Shown here in pieces: positions 1 through 7,414 of a DNA stretch of 10,073 nucleotides. The DNA comes from an uncultured Gammaproteobacteria bacterium (GTDB taxonomy: Bacteria > Patescibacteriota > Patescibacteriia > Patescibacteriales > UBA12465). The stretch lies in contig CAYMGT010000032.1 of NCBI GenBank assembly GCA_964390115.1, forward strand, positions 1 to 10,073. The letters run 5' to 3'. A program made the position numbers and the translations under genes. The notes beneath the pieces were generated by a model. It did no database searches. It worked only from the letters and a program-made list of their open reading frames with translations, and was not told the DNA's origin. Within the stretch, counting starts at the first letter, position 1. Every line of letters starts with the position of its first letter.

Positions 1-82
1 AGCTAATAAGAGTGAAGCTGATTATATAAAGAAGATTTTAAATAAATAGTATTTTCAGATAAATAGATTTAGATGATAAAGA

Positions 83-113
83 AAAAGACCGTTTGTTTAA
101 ACGGTCTTTTTTT
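83..113. terminator. Rho-independent terminator. The stem is up to 12 bp (83-94 with 99-110; core AGACCGTTT/AAACGGTCT), the loop is GTTT, and it is flanked by an A-tract upstream and a T7 run downstream, so it could act in either direction.
   Basis: Hairpin read directly: aaaAGACCGTTTgtttAAACGGTCTtttttt. It probably terminates a gene lying upstream of the window. Confidence 0.6.
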
Positions 114-248
114 GAAATCATATGATATCTTTATAGGATATTTTAGTTTTGATTAATAATTATTCATATAACTATTATGTCAGCTGAGGTGTTCTTTTTA
201 TTGATTAATTTAATGTTGCACTTCGGAGTAGAATGTAGCCTTTAACTA

Positions 249-277
249 TTGACAAGATATAGAATTTAGTATATACT
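249..277 (+). promoter_or_regulatory. Sigma70-like promoter: -35 TTGACA (249-254), 17-nt spacer, -10 TATACT (272-277).
   Basis: Consensus -35 hexamer with ideal 17-bp spacing to a 5/6 -10 hexamer, about 83 nt upstream of the ORF1 ATG. Confidence 0.5.
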
Positions 278-302
278 AATAAGTTGCGTTAATTGCAACT
301 AT

Positions 303-319
303 CATGACAGAGTGTCATG
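303..319. promoter_or_regulatory. Perfect 7-bp inverted repeat CATGACA-gag-TGTCATG in the ORF1 5' leader. It could be an operator or an RNA hairpin. It is preceded by a weaker 5-bp inverted repeat, GTTGC-N7-GCAAC, at 283-299.
   Basis: Palindrome read directly. It lies between the predicted -10 element and the start codon. Confidence 0.35.
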
Positions 320-359
320 TGTATAAGTTCATAAACAATTAAATAAAATTATTTAAAGC

Positions 360-1712
360 ATGGAAAATTTATTGAATTTTTTGCCCATTGTGTATGTCTT
401 GGTTGACGTACTGGTTATTAGCTTATTAATGGTTATTTTTTACCGTAGAGTTGTACCTACGAATATGGTACATATAGTGCAGTCTCAAAAAAAGACTACT
501 TCTTATGGTACAGATCAAGAAGGAAGTAATGTTTATTATGCCTGGCCATCGTGGTTTCCTAAAATTGGGGTTACGGTGATTAAGTTGCCGGTTTCAAATT
601 TCGATTTATCATTAAAAGATTATGAGGCTTATGACACCGATCGAGTTCCTTTTATAGTAGATGTTACTGCTTTTTTTCGTATTTCTGATACGAGTAAGGC
701 CGCTAAACGCATAAAGGATGTTGATGGATTAATAAAGCAACTATCATTGATTACTCAAGGTTCTGTTAGAAGGGTTTTAGCTTCTGATGAAATAAATGCC
801 ATTATGATTGAACGTTCGAAATTTGGTGATGCATTCACTGAACAACTTAAAGATTTATTAGATGAATGGGGCGTTGAGTCAGTAAAATCAATGGAGTTGA
901 TGGATATCCGCGATGCAGACGGTTCAAAAGTTATTTCCAATATTATGGCTAAAAAGAAATCTGCTATTGAGATGGAGAGCCGTGTAGAAGTAGCAAAAAA
1001 TGACCAGGCTGCAGAAACTGCAGAAATTGATGCTAAGCAGGCTGTTGATATTCGTCAGCAAGATGCCTTACAGGCCGTGGGTCAGCGTACAGCTGAAAAA
1101 AATAAAGAAGTAGGTATTGCTGATGAGCAATCAGAACAGGAGGTGTTGACACAGACAGTAATAACCAAAACTCGAGACATGGATGTTAAAAGAGTTGAGA
1201 AAGTTAAGGCTGCCGAAATTTTACGCGATGAAATGATTGTACAGGCCAATCAAACCAAACTAACAACTGTTATCGTTGCTGAAGGTAATCTTGATGCTAA
1301 AAAACGGGAATCAGAAGGAATTGAGATTGAGGGTGCTGCCAAAGCTGAAGCTGCAAGATTAATGAAATTAGCACCGGTTGCAGCTATGATTGAACTTGCC
1401 AAAGAAATTGGTTCAAACCCTGGTTACCAGAAATATCTGGCGCAAATAGAAGCTATTAAAGCTTATTTAGCTGTTGGAGGAGCACAGGCCGAAGCATTGC
1501 AAAAAGCCGATGTAAAAATTATTGCCAATGCTGGCGATGCAACTTCTGGGATGAAAAACGCAATGGATTTGTTTACCTCTAAGGGTGGCACAAATTTGGC
1601 ATCCATGATTGAAGCTTTTTCTCAAACCCCAATGGGTTCATCGTTATTGAGTTCACTTGGCGTAGAAGATTCTGTAAAAGACGCAGGAAAAAAGAATTCA
1701 GATGAAGTATAA
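360..1712 (+). CDS. Flotillin-family SPFH/band-7 domain protein (FloT/YqiK-like). It has an N-terminal transmembrane anchor, an SPFH domain, and a long Ala/Glu-rich coiled-coil tail.
   Basis: The N-terminus is hydrophobic (LPIVYVLVDVLVISLLMVIFY). The SPFH core (…YYAWPSWFPKIGVTVIKLPVSNFDLSLKDYEAYDTDRVPFIVDVTAFFRISD…) is followed by EA-rich heptad repeats typical of bacterial flotillins. Its GC content and codon choice (GCC, CTG, CCG, GGC) are richer than in neighbouring genes. Confidence 0.85.
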   Translation: MENLLNFLPIVYVLVDVLVISLLMVIFYRRVVPTNMVHIVQSQKKTTSYGTDQEGSNVYYAWPSWFPKIGVTVIKLPVSNFDLSLKDYEAYDTDRVPFIVDVTAFFRISDTSKAAKRIKDVDGLIKQLSLITQGSVRRVLASDEINAIMIERSKFGDAFTEQLKDLLDEWGVESVKSMELMDIRDADGSKVISNIMAKKKSAIEMESRVEVAKNDQAAETAEIDAKQAVDIRQQDALQAVGQRTAEKNKEVGIADEQSEQEVLTQTVITKTRDMDVKRVEKVKAAEILRDEMIVQANQTKLTTVIVAEGNLDAKKRESEGIEIEGAAKAEAARLMKLAPVAAMIELAKEIGSNPGYQKYLAQIEAIKAYLAVGGAQAEALQKADVKIIANAGDATSGMKNAMDLFTSKGGTNLASMIEAFSQTPMGSSLLSSLGVEDSVKDAGKKNSDEV

Positions 1713-1733
1713 ACTTCATTGAAACATAATACC

Positions 1734-1763
1734 CCGAGCACAATTAAGTGCTCGGTTTTTTTT
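1734..1763 (+). terminator. Rho-independent terminator: CCGAGCAC-aattaa-GTGCTCGG (8-bp stem) followed by a T8 run.
   Basis: Perfect 8-bp GC-containing stem plus a poly-T tract, 22 nt after the ORF1 stop codon. Confidence 0.7.
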
Positions 1764-1795
1764 ATTTAAATTAATTAACTTATTTATAATCTCCC

Positions 1796-1824
1796 TTGCT
1801 AGACTTACATGTATTTGTTATAAT
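1796..1824 (+). promoter_or_regulatory. Sigma70-like promoter for the uvr operon: -35 TTGCTA (1796-1801), 17-nt spacer, and an extended -10 TGtTATAAT (1816-1824).
   Basis: 5/6 -35 hexamer, a perfect TATAAT with the TGn extension, 23 nt upstream of the uvrB ATG. Confidence 0.5.
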
Positions 1825-1847
1825 ATCATCTCTAGTTTTAGAAATAT

Positions 1848-3722
1848 ATGGTTAAAATTGCTAAGAGACAATTCGAATTAGTTTCAAAGTATCAGCCCTT
1901 AGGAGATCAACCGGGGGCTATTTTGAGTTTAAAAAAGGGAATTGATAAAGATTATCGCTTCCAAACTCTTTTAGGAGTTACAGGTTCTGGTAAAACCTTT
2001 ACCATGGCTAATATTATAGATAAAACCACTTCTCCGGTTTTAGTTATGGCGCCTAATAAGGCCCTAGCGGCTCAACTATATAGAGAGTATAAAAACTTTT
2101 TTCCAAAAAATAATGTGAATTATTTTGTTTCTTATTATGACTATTATCAGCCCGAGGCTTATCTTCCTATTACAGATACCTATATAGGTAAAGAAGCAAT
2201 GATAAATGAAGAAATAGATAGATTTCGTCATGAGGCAACTAGTGCCTTACTTAGTAGAAATGATGTTATAGTAGTGGCTTCAGTTTCTTGTATATATAAT
2301 CTCGGTGTACCAGTTAATTACTTACAATCTTCACTTAGACTTGCGCAGGGTCAAACTATTACTAGAGGAGATTTGATTTCTCAACTAATTAAAATTCAAT
2401 TTACTCGCACTAATAGTATTTTAGAGAGAGGAGAGTTTAGGGTTAGAGGTGATATTATTGAAGTAATACCTTCCTCTAAAAAAACCTATTACAGAATAGA
2501 GCTTAAGGATCAAAAAATTAAAAATCTATATTTAGTTGATGGTTTAACTTACAAAATAAAAGAGGAACTTGTAGAAATTGTAATTTTTCCAGCTAAACAT
2601 TTTATCTCTAGTAAACCTCAAATTGAAGTAGCTATAAAAGATATAAAAACTGAATTAAAAGATAGGCTCAAATATTTTAAAAAGAATAACTTACTTTTAG
2701 AGGCACAAAGACTGGAGAGAAGAACGCGCTATGACATGGAAATGCTTAGAACTTTAGGTTATTGTCATGGAATTGAAAACTACTCACGACACTTGTCAGG
2801 TAAGTTATCAGGTGAAGCCCCTGATAGTCTTTTAGCCTATTTTCCTAAAGATAAAGATGGTAAGCCAGATTTCTTAACTATTATAGACGAGTCTCACATA
2901 GCCGTGCCTCAAATTGGTGGGATGTTTGCTGGTGATAAAAGTCGTAAAAATAATTTAGTTAAATATGGTTGGCGCTTACCTTCAGCTTTAGATAACAGGC
3001 CTTTAAAGTTTGATGAATTTTTAGATAGAGTTAATAAAATAATCTTTACCACCGCCACTCCAGGTAAATGGGAAAATGAAAAATCACAAAATATTGCTCG
3101 GCAGGTAATACGTCCCACAGGTTTAGTAGATCCGCCAATAGTGGTTAAACCAGTTTTCGATAAAGCTACTAATTGGAGTCAAATTGATGATATTGTAAAG
3201 ATTGTAAAGGAGGATATAAAAATAAGTGAAAGGGTGATTATAAACACCTTAACTAAAAAACAGGCTGAAGATTTAGTAGATTATTTAAAGAAGACTGATA
3301 TTAAATCAAGTTACTTACATTCAGATGTTAAACTAGTTGAGAGAACTCAAATACTTAAGACTTTTAGAGAAGGTAAATTTAATGTTTTAGTGGGAGTTAA
3401 TTTACTTAGAGAAGGTTTAGATTTACCAGAGGTAGTTTTAGTAGCTATTTTAGATGCTGATAGAGAAGGTTTCTTACGTAGTCGCACTTCACTTATGCAA
3501 ACTATGGGTAGAGCAGCTAGAAATGTTTCAGGTAGAGTAATTCTTTACGCTGATAATATAACAGATTCTATAAAGTTTGCTATAAATGAAGTAGAAACAA
3601 GGCGAAAAAAACAATTAGCCTATAATAAAAAAGAAGGTATAAAACCCAAGACTATTAAAAAAGATATTGAGGATTTTTTAGACTTTGATAGTTTTAAGAA
3701 AGGTGATAAGAAAAATAAATAA
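1848..3722 (+). CDS. uvrB: Excinuclease ABC subunit B (UvrB), a short form that lacks the C-terminal UVR domain 4.
   Basis: N-terminal GDQPxAI motif. Walker A LLGVTGSGKTFTMANII. YYDYYQPEAY motif. Helicase motifs (DESH; LREGLDLPEV; QTMGRAARN). The protein ends about 20 aa after the YNKKEGIKPKTIKK region and has no …LEFEEAA..RD… UVR helix-hairpin. Confidence 0.95.
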   Translation: MVKIAKRQFELVSKYQPLGDQPGAILSLKKGIDKDYRFQTLLGVTGSGKTFTMANIIDKTTSPVLVMAPNKALAAQLYREYKNFFPKNNVNYFVSYYDYYQPEAYLPITDTYIGKEAMINEEIDRFRHEATSALLSRNDVIVVASVSCIYNLGVPVNYLQSSLRLAQGQTITRGDLISQLIKIQFTRTNSILERGEFRVRGDIIEVIPSSKKTYYRIELKDQKIKNLYLVDGLTYKIKEELVEIVIFPAKHFISSKPQIEVAIKDIKTELKDRLKYFKKNNLLLEAQRLERRTRYDMEMLRTLGYCHGIENYSRHLSGKLSGEAPDSLLAYFPKDKDGKPDFLTIIDESHIAVPQIGGMFAGDKSRKNNLVKYGWRLPSALDNRPLKFDEFLDRVNKIIFTTATPGKWENEKSQNIARQVIRPTGLVDPPIVVKPVFDKATNWSQIDDIVKIVKEDIKISERVIINTLTKKQAEDLVDYLKKTDIKSSYLHSDVKLVERTQILKTFREGKFNVLVGVNLLREGLDLPEVVLVAILDADREGFLRSRTSLMQTMGRAARNVSGRVILYADNITDSIKFAINEVETRRKKQLAYNKKEGIKPKTIKKDIEDFLDFDSFKKGDKKNK

Positions 3723-3730
3723 TTTAATAT

Positions 3731-6232
3731 ATGGATAATAATATAAATATAAAAGGTGCAAAAATGCACAATTTAAAAAATATCAGTTTAACTATTCCGC
3801 ACAATAAATTAACTGTTATTACAGGAGTTTCTGGTTCCGGTAAATCTTCTTTAGCTTTTGATACTATTTTTGCAGAAGGACAAAGGCAATATGTTGAGTC
3901 TTTATCTCCATATATTCGCCAATTTTTGGGACAAAAAAAACCAGCTGATGTAGATGAGATTATTGGTTTAGCGCCATCTATTTCTATTGATCAAAAAGCT
4001 TTAAGTCATAATCCTCGCTCTACAGTGGGAACTTTGACAGAAATATATGATTATCTTAGAGTTCTATATTCTCGCTTAGGAGAGGTCTTTTGTCCTGTCT
4101 GTTCTCATAAGATTGAGAAGCTTAGTTTAGAGGAAATAGTTGATATTGTTATTTCCCAAGCCTTAAAAGCTAAAGAAACCGAGGTAGAAATTATTTCTCC
4201 ACTAGTTAGAGCTAGAAAAGGTGAGTACTATCAACTTCTTTATGATTATTTTTCTTTAGGATATAGTGAGGTTATCGTTGATGGTAAAAGACGAAGGTTG
4301 TCAGAAAAAATAAATATAAATCCCAAACAAAAACATGATATTAGTTTAGTGGTAGATAAAGTGCTAGTAACAGATCAAACAAGATTATTTGAAGCTATAG
4401 AAAATTCTTTAGCTTTTTCCAAAGGTTTAGTTGTAAGTAGATTAATTAAAAGTAATAAAGAACATCTTTTATCTTCAAATTGGACTTGTCCTTATGATAA
4501 TTTTTCTTTTCCAGAAGTAGAACCTCGTTTATTCTCCTTCAATAGTCCCGCAGGTGCTTGCCCAGAGTGTCATGGATTAGGGCAATTAGGTTTTAGAAGT
4601 CAGGTAGTTTGTCCTAAGTGTATGGGCCAAAGATTAAAAGAAGAGGCTTTATCAGTTAAAATTGAAGGTAAAAATATTTATGAACTTAGTTCGCTTAGTA
4701 TTTTAGAGACCTATAACTTTTTCAATACTTATTACGAAAAGATTAATGATAGGCAGAAAAAAATTGCCGAAAATATTATAATAACCGTAATTGATAGACT
4801 TTATTTTCTTCTACAAGTTGGTTTAGATTATTTAAATTTAAGCCGAGAGGCAGGTACACTGTCAGGTGGAGAAGCACAAAGAATTAGATTGTCTTCACAA
4901 ATTGGCTCTCAATTATCTCGTACTCTTTATGTTTTAGACGAGCCTACTATTGGTCTACACGAAAGGGATACAGATAAATTAATTAAAACTTTAAAAGCTC
5001 TTAGAGATAAGAATAATACCGTAATTATAGTTGAACATGACGAGAGAACTATTATGGCTTCGGATTATTTAGTTGACTTAGGCCCCTTAGCTGGTCGTCA
5101 CGGAGGTAAAATTGAAGCTATAGGGGAGACTAAAGATTTACTTGAAAATAAGGCTAAGTATAAGTCTTTAACTCTAGATTATTTAAGAGGAGATAAAAAA
5201 GTAGATATTAGCGAAGATAGACGTAGTCGTCGCACAGAAGAAATTAAACTTATTGGAGCTTCAGCTAATAATTTAAAAAATATTAGTGTTAAAATTCCTT
5301 TGAGAAAATTAGTAGGAATTTCTGGAATCTCAGGATCAGGTAAGTCTTCGCTTCTGTATGATGTTTTGTATAAAAATTTAGCACAGATAAAAAATAAGTT
5401 AAATAGAAATGTAAAATTAGAAAATTTAAAAAAATTTATCGGTTCAGAGTATATTGATAAAGTAGTAGTAATTGACCAATCACCAATCGGTCGAACTCCT
5501 CGCTCTAACCCAGCTACTTATACAGGAATCTTTACTCCGATTAGAGATTTTTTTGCTGAACTTCCTGAAGCTAAAGAGAGAGCCTATTCTTTATCTAGAT
5601 TTTCTTTTAATCGCCCAGGGGGACGGTGTGAGTCTTGTCAGGGAGCAGGATTTAACTTAATAGAAATGCATTTTTTACCACCTGTGCTAGTTGAATGCGA
5701 AGTTTGTCATGGTAAACGTTTTAATAGAGAAACATTGCAAATAAAATATAAAGGGTTGAGCATTGCTGATATTTTGAGCTTGACTATAAACGAGGCAGTT
5801 GATGTTTTCAAGGATCAATATCAAATAACCGATAAGTTAAAAGTATTGCAAGAAGTAGGTTTAGGTTATCTACAACTTGGTCAAAGTGCTACTACGCTCT
5901 CAGGTGGAGAAGCTCAGAGAATAAAGTTAGCTAAAGAGCTTACTCATGTTTTAGGCAAAAAAACCCTGTATCTCTTAGATGAGCCGACAGTTGGTCTGCA
6001 TTACTATGACATAGAATTACTGCTAAAAGTTTTAAATAAGTTAGTAAATAGAAGCAATTCAGTTTTAGTAATAGAGCATAATTTGTATATGTTAAAAGCC
6101 ATGGATCATATAATTGACCTTGGCCCAGAAGGGGGCTACAAAGGAGGTGAAGTGGTAGCTGAGGGACCTCCGGAGCAAATTGTTAAGACTAAAGCCAGTA
6201 TTACAGGAGAATATTTAAAAGATTATTTATGA
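3731..6232 (+). CDS. uvrA: Excinuclease ABC subunit A (UvrA). At 833 aa it has two ABC ATPase modules and a UvrB-binding domain, but the insertion domain is absent.
   Basis: N-terminal IKGAKMHNLKNISL…GVSGSGKSSLAFDTIFAEGQRQYVESLS. ABC signatures LSGGEAQRIRL and LSGGEAQRIKL. Second Walker A GISGSGKSSL. QSPIGRTPRSNPATYTG. C-terminal zinc ribbon CESCQGAG…CEVCHG. Start chosen at 3731 because the IxIKGAK N-terminus is conserved. Confidence 0.95.
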   Translation: MDNNINIKGAKMHNLKNISLTIPHNKLTVITGVSGSGKSSLAFDTIFAEGQRQYVESLSPYIRQFLGQKKPADVDEIIGLAPSISIDQKALSHNPRSTVGTLTEIYDYLRVLYSRLGEVFCPVCSHKIEKLSLEEIVDIVISQALKAKETEVEIISPLVRARKGEYYQLLYDYFSLGYSEVIVDGKRRRLSEKININPKQKHDISLVVDKVLVTDQTRLFEAIENSLAFSKGLVVSRLIKSNKEHLLSSNWTCPYDNFSFPEVEPRLFSFNSPAGACPECHGLGQLGFRSQVVCPKCMGQRLKEEALSVKIEGKNIYELSSLSILETYNFFNTYYEKINDRQKKIAENIIITVIDRLYFLLQVGLDYLNLSREAGTLSGGEAQRIRLSSQIGSQLSRTLYVLDEPTIGLHERDTDKLIKTLKALRDKNNTVIIVEHDERTIMASDYLVDLGPLAGRHGGKIEAIGETKDLLENKAKYKSLTLDYLRGDKKVDISEDRRSRRTEEIKLIGASANNLKNISVKIPLRKLVGISGISGSGKSSLLYDVLYKNLAQIKNKLNRNVKLENLKKFIGSEYIDKVVVIDQSPIGRTPRSNPATYTGIFTPIRDFFAELPEAKERAYSLSRFSFNRPGGRCESCQGAGFNLIEMHFLPPVLVECEVCHGKRFNRETLQIKYKGLSIADILSLTINEAVDVFKDQYQITDKLKVLQEVGLGYLQLGQSATTLSGGEAQRIKLAKELTHVLGKKTLYLLDEPTVGLHYYDIELLLKVLNKLVNRSNSVLVIEHNLYMLKAMDHIIDLGPEGGYKGGEVVAEGPPEQIVKTKASITGEYLKDYL

Positions 6233-7395
6233 ATTTAAAAATAGCTAAAGAAAAATTAAAAACTGTTTCCAAGGGCTCGGGGGTATATAGGTTTTTAGAT
6301 GATAAAAAAGAAATATTATATATCGGTAGAGCGATTAATTTACAGAATCGTTTAAAGCAATATTTTCAAAAAAATGTTGATTCTCGTATAGAAGAAATGG
6401 TTTCTCAGGCTGAAGATTTTCTATATATAGAAACTAGTAGCCTACTAGAGGCAATAATTTTAGAAGCTAAGAACATTAAAAAGTATTGGCCTAAGTATAA
6501 TATTAAAGACAGAGATGATAGATCTTTTTCCTATTTAATGATAAGTAAAAAAGATGATTACCCTAAACCTATAATAATTAGAGGCAGGGAACTTAAAAAA
6601 TTTAGTCCTAAAAATGTTTGGTTATTTGGTCCTTTTCAGTCACAATTTATACTCCACCAAGCTTTAAAGATAGTTAGAAGAGTTTTTCCCTATAGCACTT
6701 GTCAGCCAAGTTGTGGACAGCCTTGTTTTGATTATCAAATTGGGCTTTGTGAAGGAATTTGTTTAGGAAAAATTTCTGTTTTAGATTATAGGGATAATAT
6801 AAAGAAACTTGTTTTACTTTTTCAAGGAGAAAAAAAACAACTTTTTAAGTTGCTTAAAAAAGAAAATCCAGAGAAAATAGTTGCTTTAGAGAATTTACAA
6901 GAAGTAGCTCTACTTCAGAGAGAAAAAGATTTGTCGCAGGCTAGTTTAGAGAGAATTGAGGGCTATGATATTTCTCATTTAAATTCTAAAGAAGCTTTCT
7001 CCTCTTTAGTTGTTTTAAGTAATGGAGAAATAGATAAATCTCAATATCGCCTATTTAAGATATCAGAGGAAAATAGTGGTGATGACTTAAGGTCTCTTAG
7101 AGAGGCCCTAAAGAGACGTTTAAAGCATCATGAGTGGACTTACCCCAATCTTATCTTTATTGATGGTGGAAAGCCTCAAATAGATTTTATTTCTAATTAT
7201 TTTAGTGAGAATAATATTAGAATTCCAATTGTAGGGTTATCTAAATATGGAGGAGATAAGTTAGTTTTTGCTAAAAATATACCTAAAAATATTAAGTTAC
7301 TTATAAGTAGCTTAAAACCAGATTTACTTAAATTAAGAGAAGAGGCTCATCGTTTTAGTTTACAAGCTTCAAGGAGAAGGAGGAAAATTAAGTAA
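6229..7395 (+). CDS. uvrC: Excinuclease ABC subunit C (UvrC), a minimal form. It has the GIY-YIG nuclease, a Cys cluster and the RNase-H-like endonuclease domain, but no (HhH)2 domain and only a shortened or degenerate UVR/linker.
   Basis: GIY-YIG region GVYRFLDDKKEILYIGRAINLQNRLKQYF. Cys cluster C158-x3-C162-x3-C166-x7-C174-x3-C178. Endonuclease motifs IEGYDISH, FIDGGKPQ and EAHRF, after which the protein stops. The start overlaps the uvrA stop codon (ATGA, 6229-6232). Confidence 0.9.
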   Translation: MNLKIAKEKLKTVSKGSGVYRFLDDKKEILYIGRAINLQNRLKQYFQKNVDSRIEEMVSQAEDFLYIETSSLLEAIILEAKNIKKYWPKYNIKDRDDRSFSYLMISKKDDYPKPIIIRGRELKKFSPKNVWLFGPFQSQFILHQALKIVRRVFPYSTCQPSCGQPCFDYQIGLCEGICLGKISVLDYRDNIKKLVLLFQGEKKQLFKLLKKENPEKIVALENLQEVALLQREKDLSQASLERIEGYDISHLNSKEAFSSLVVLSNGEIDKSQYRLFKISEENSGDDLRSLREALKRRLKHHEWTYPNLIFIDGGKPQIDFISNYFSENNIRIPIVGLSKYGGDKLVFAKNIPKNIKLLISSLKPDLLKLREEAHRFSLQASRRRRKIK

Positions 7396-7414
7396 AAAAG
7401 TTGAATGTTCAAAT

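Noticed and set aside
216-241. A possible cUUCGg tetraloop hairpin (gcaCTTCGGagt) upstream of the flotillin promoter.
   Set aside because: The flanking bases do not form a stem of more than 3 bp, so this is unlikely to be a structured RNA.
755-940. 61-aa ORF on the minus strand.
   Set aside because: It lies entirely antisense inside the well-supported flotillin CDS. It has no start context and its composition reflects the complementary strand of a coding region.
1713-1847. Search for an SOS/LexA operator (CTGT-N8-ACAG or CGAAC-N4-GTTCG) upstream of uvrB.
   Set aside because: No match to either consensus was seen in the promoter region. A lineage-specific LexA motif cannot be excluded.
2909-3118. 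69-aa ORF on the minus strand.
   Set aside because: It is antisense within uvrB across conserved helicase motifs, so it is an artefact of the opposite-strand frame.
3753-3766. Strong SD-like AAGGTG five nucleotides before an in-frame ATG (3764), which could be an alternative uvrA start.
   Set aside because: The upstream residues IxIKGAK align with the conserved UvrA N-terminus (E. coli IEVRGART), so 3731 is the true start. The AAGGTG simply encodes K-G-A.
5472-5660. 62-aa ORF on the plus strand in an alternative frame.
   Set aside because: It is embedded in uvrA (QSPIGRTPRSNPATYTG region) in another frame. No independent signals support it.
7396-7414. Short palindrome TTGAAtgTTCAA between the convergent uvrC and ORF5 ends, considered as a possible bidirectional terminator.
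   Set aside because: The stem is only 4-5 bp with a 2-nt loop and there is no convincing U-tract, so it is too weak to call. Termination here is unresolved.
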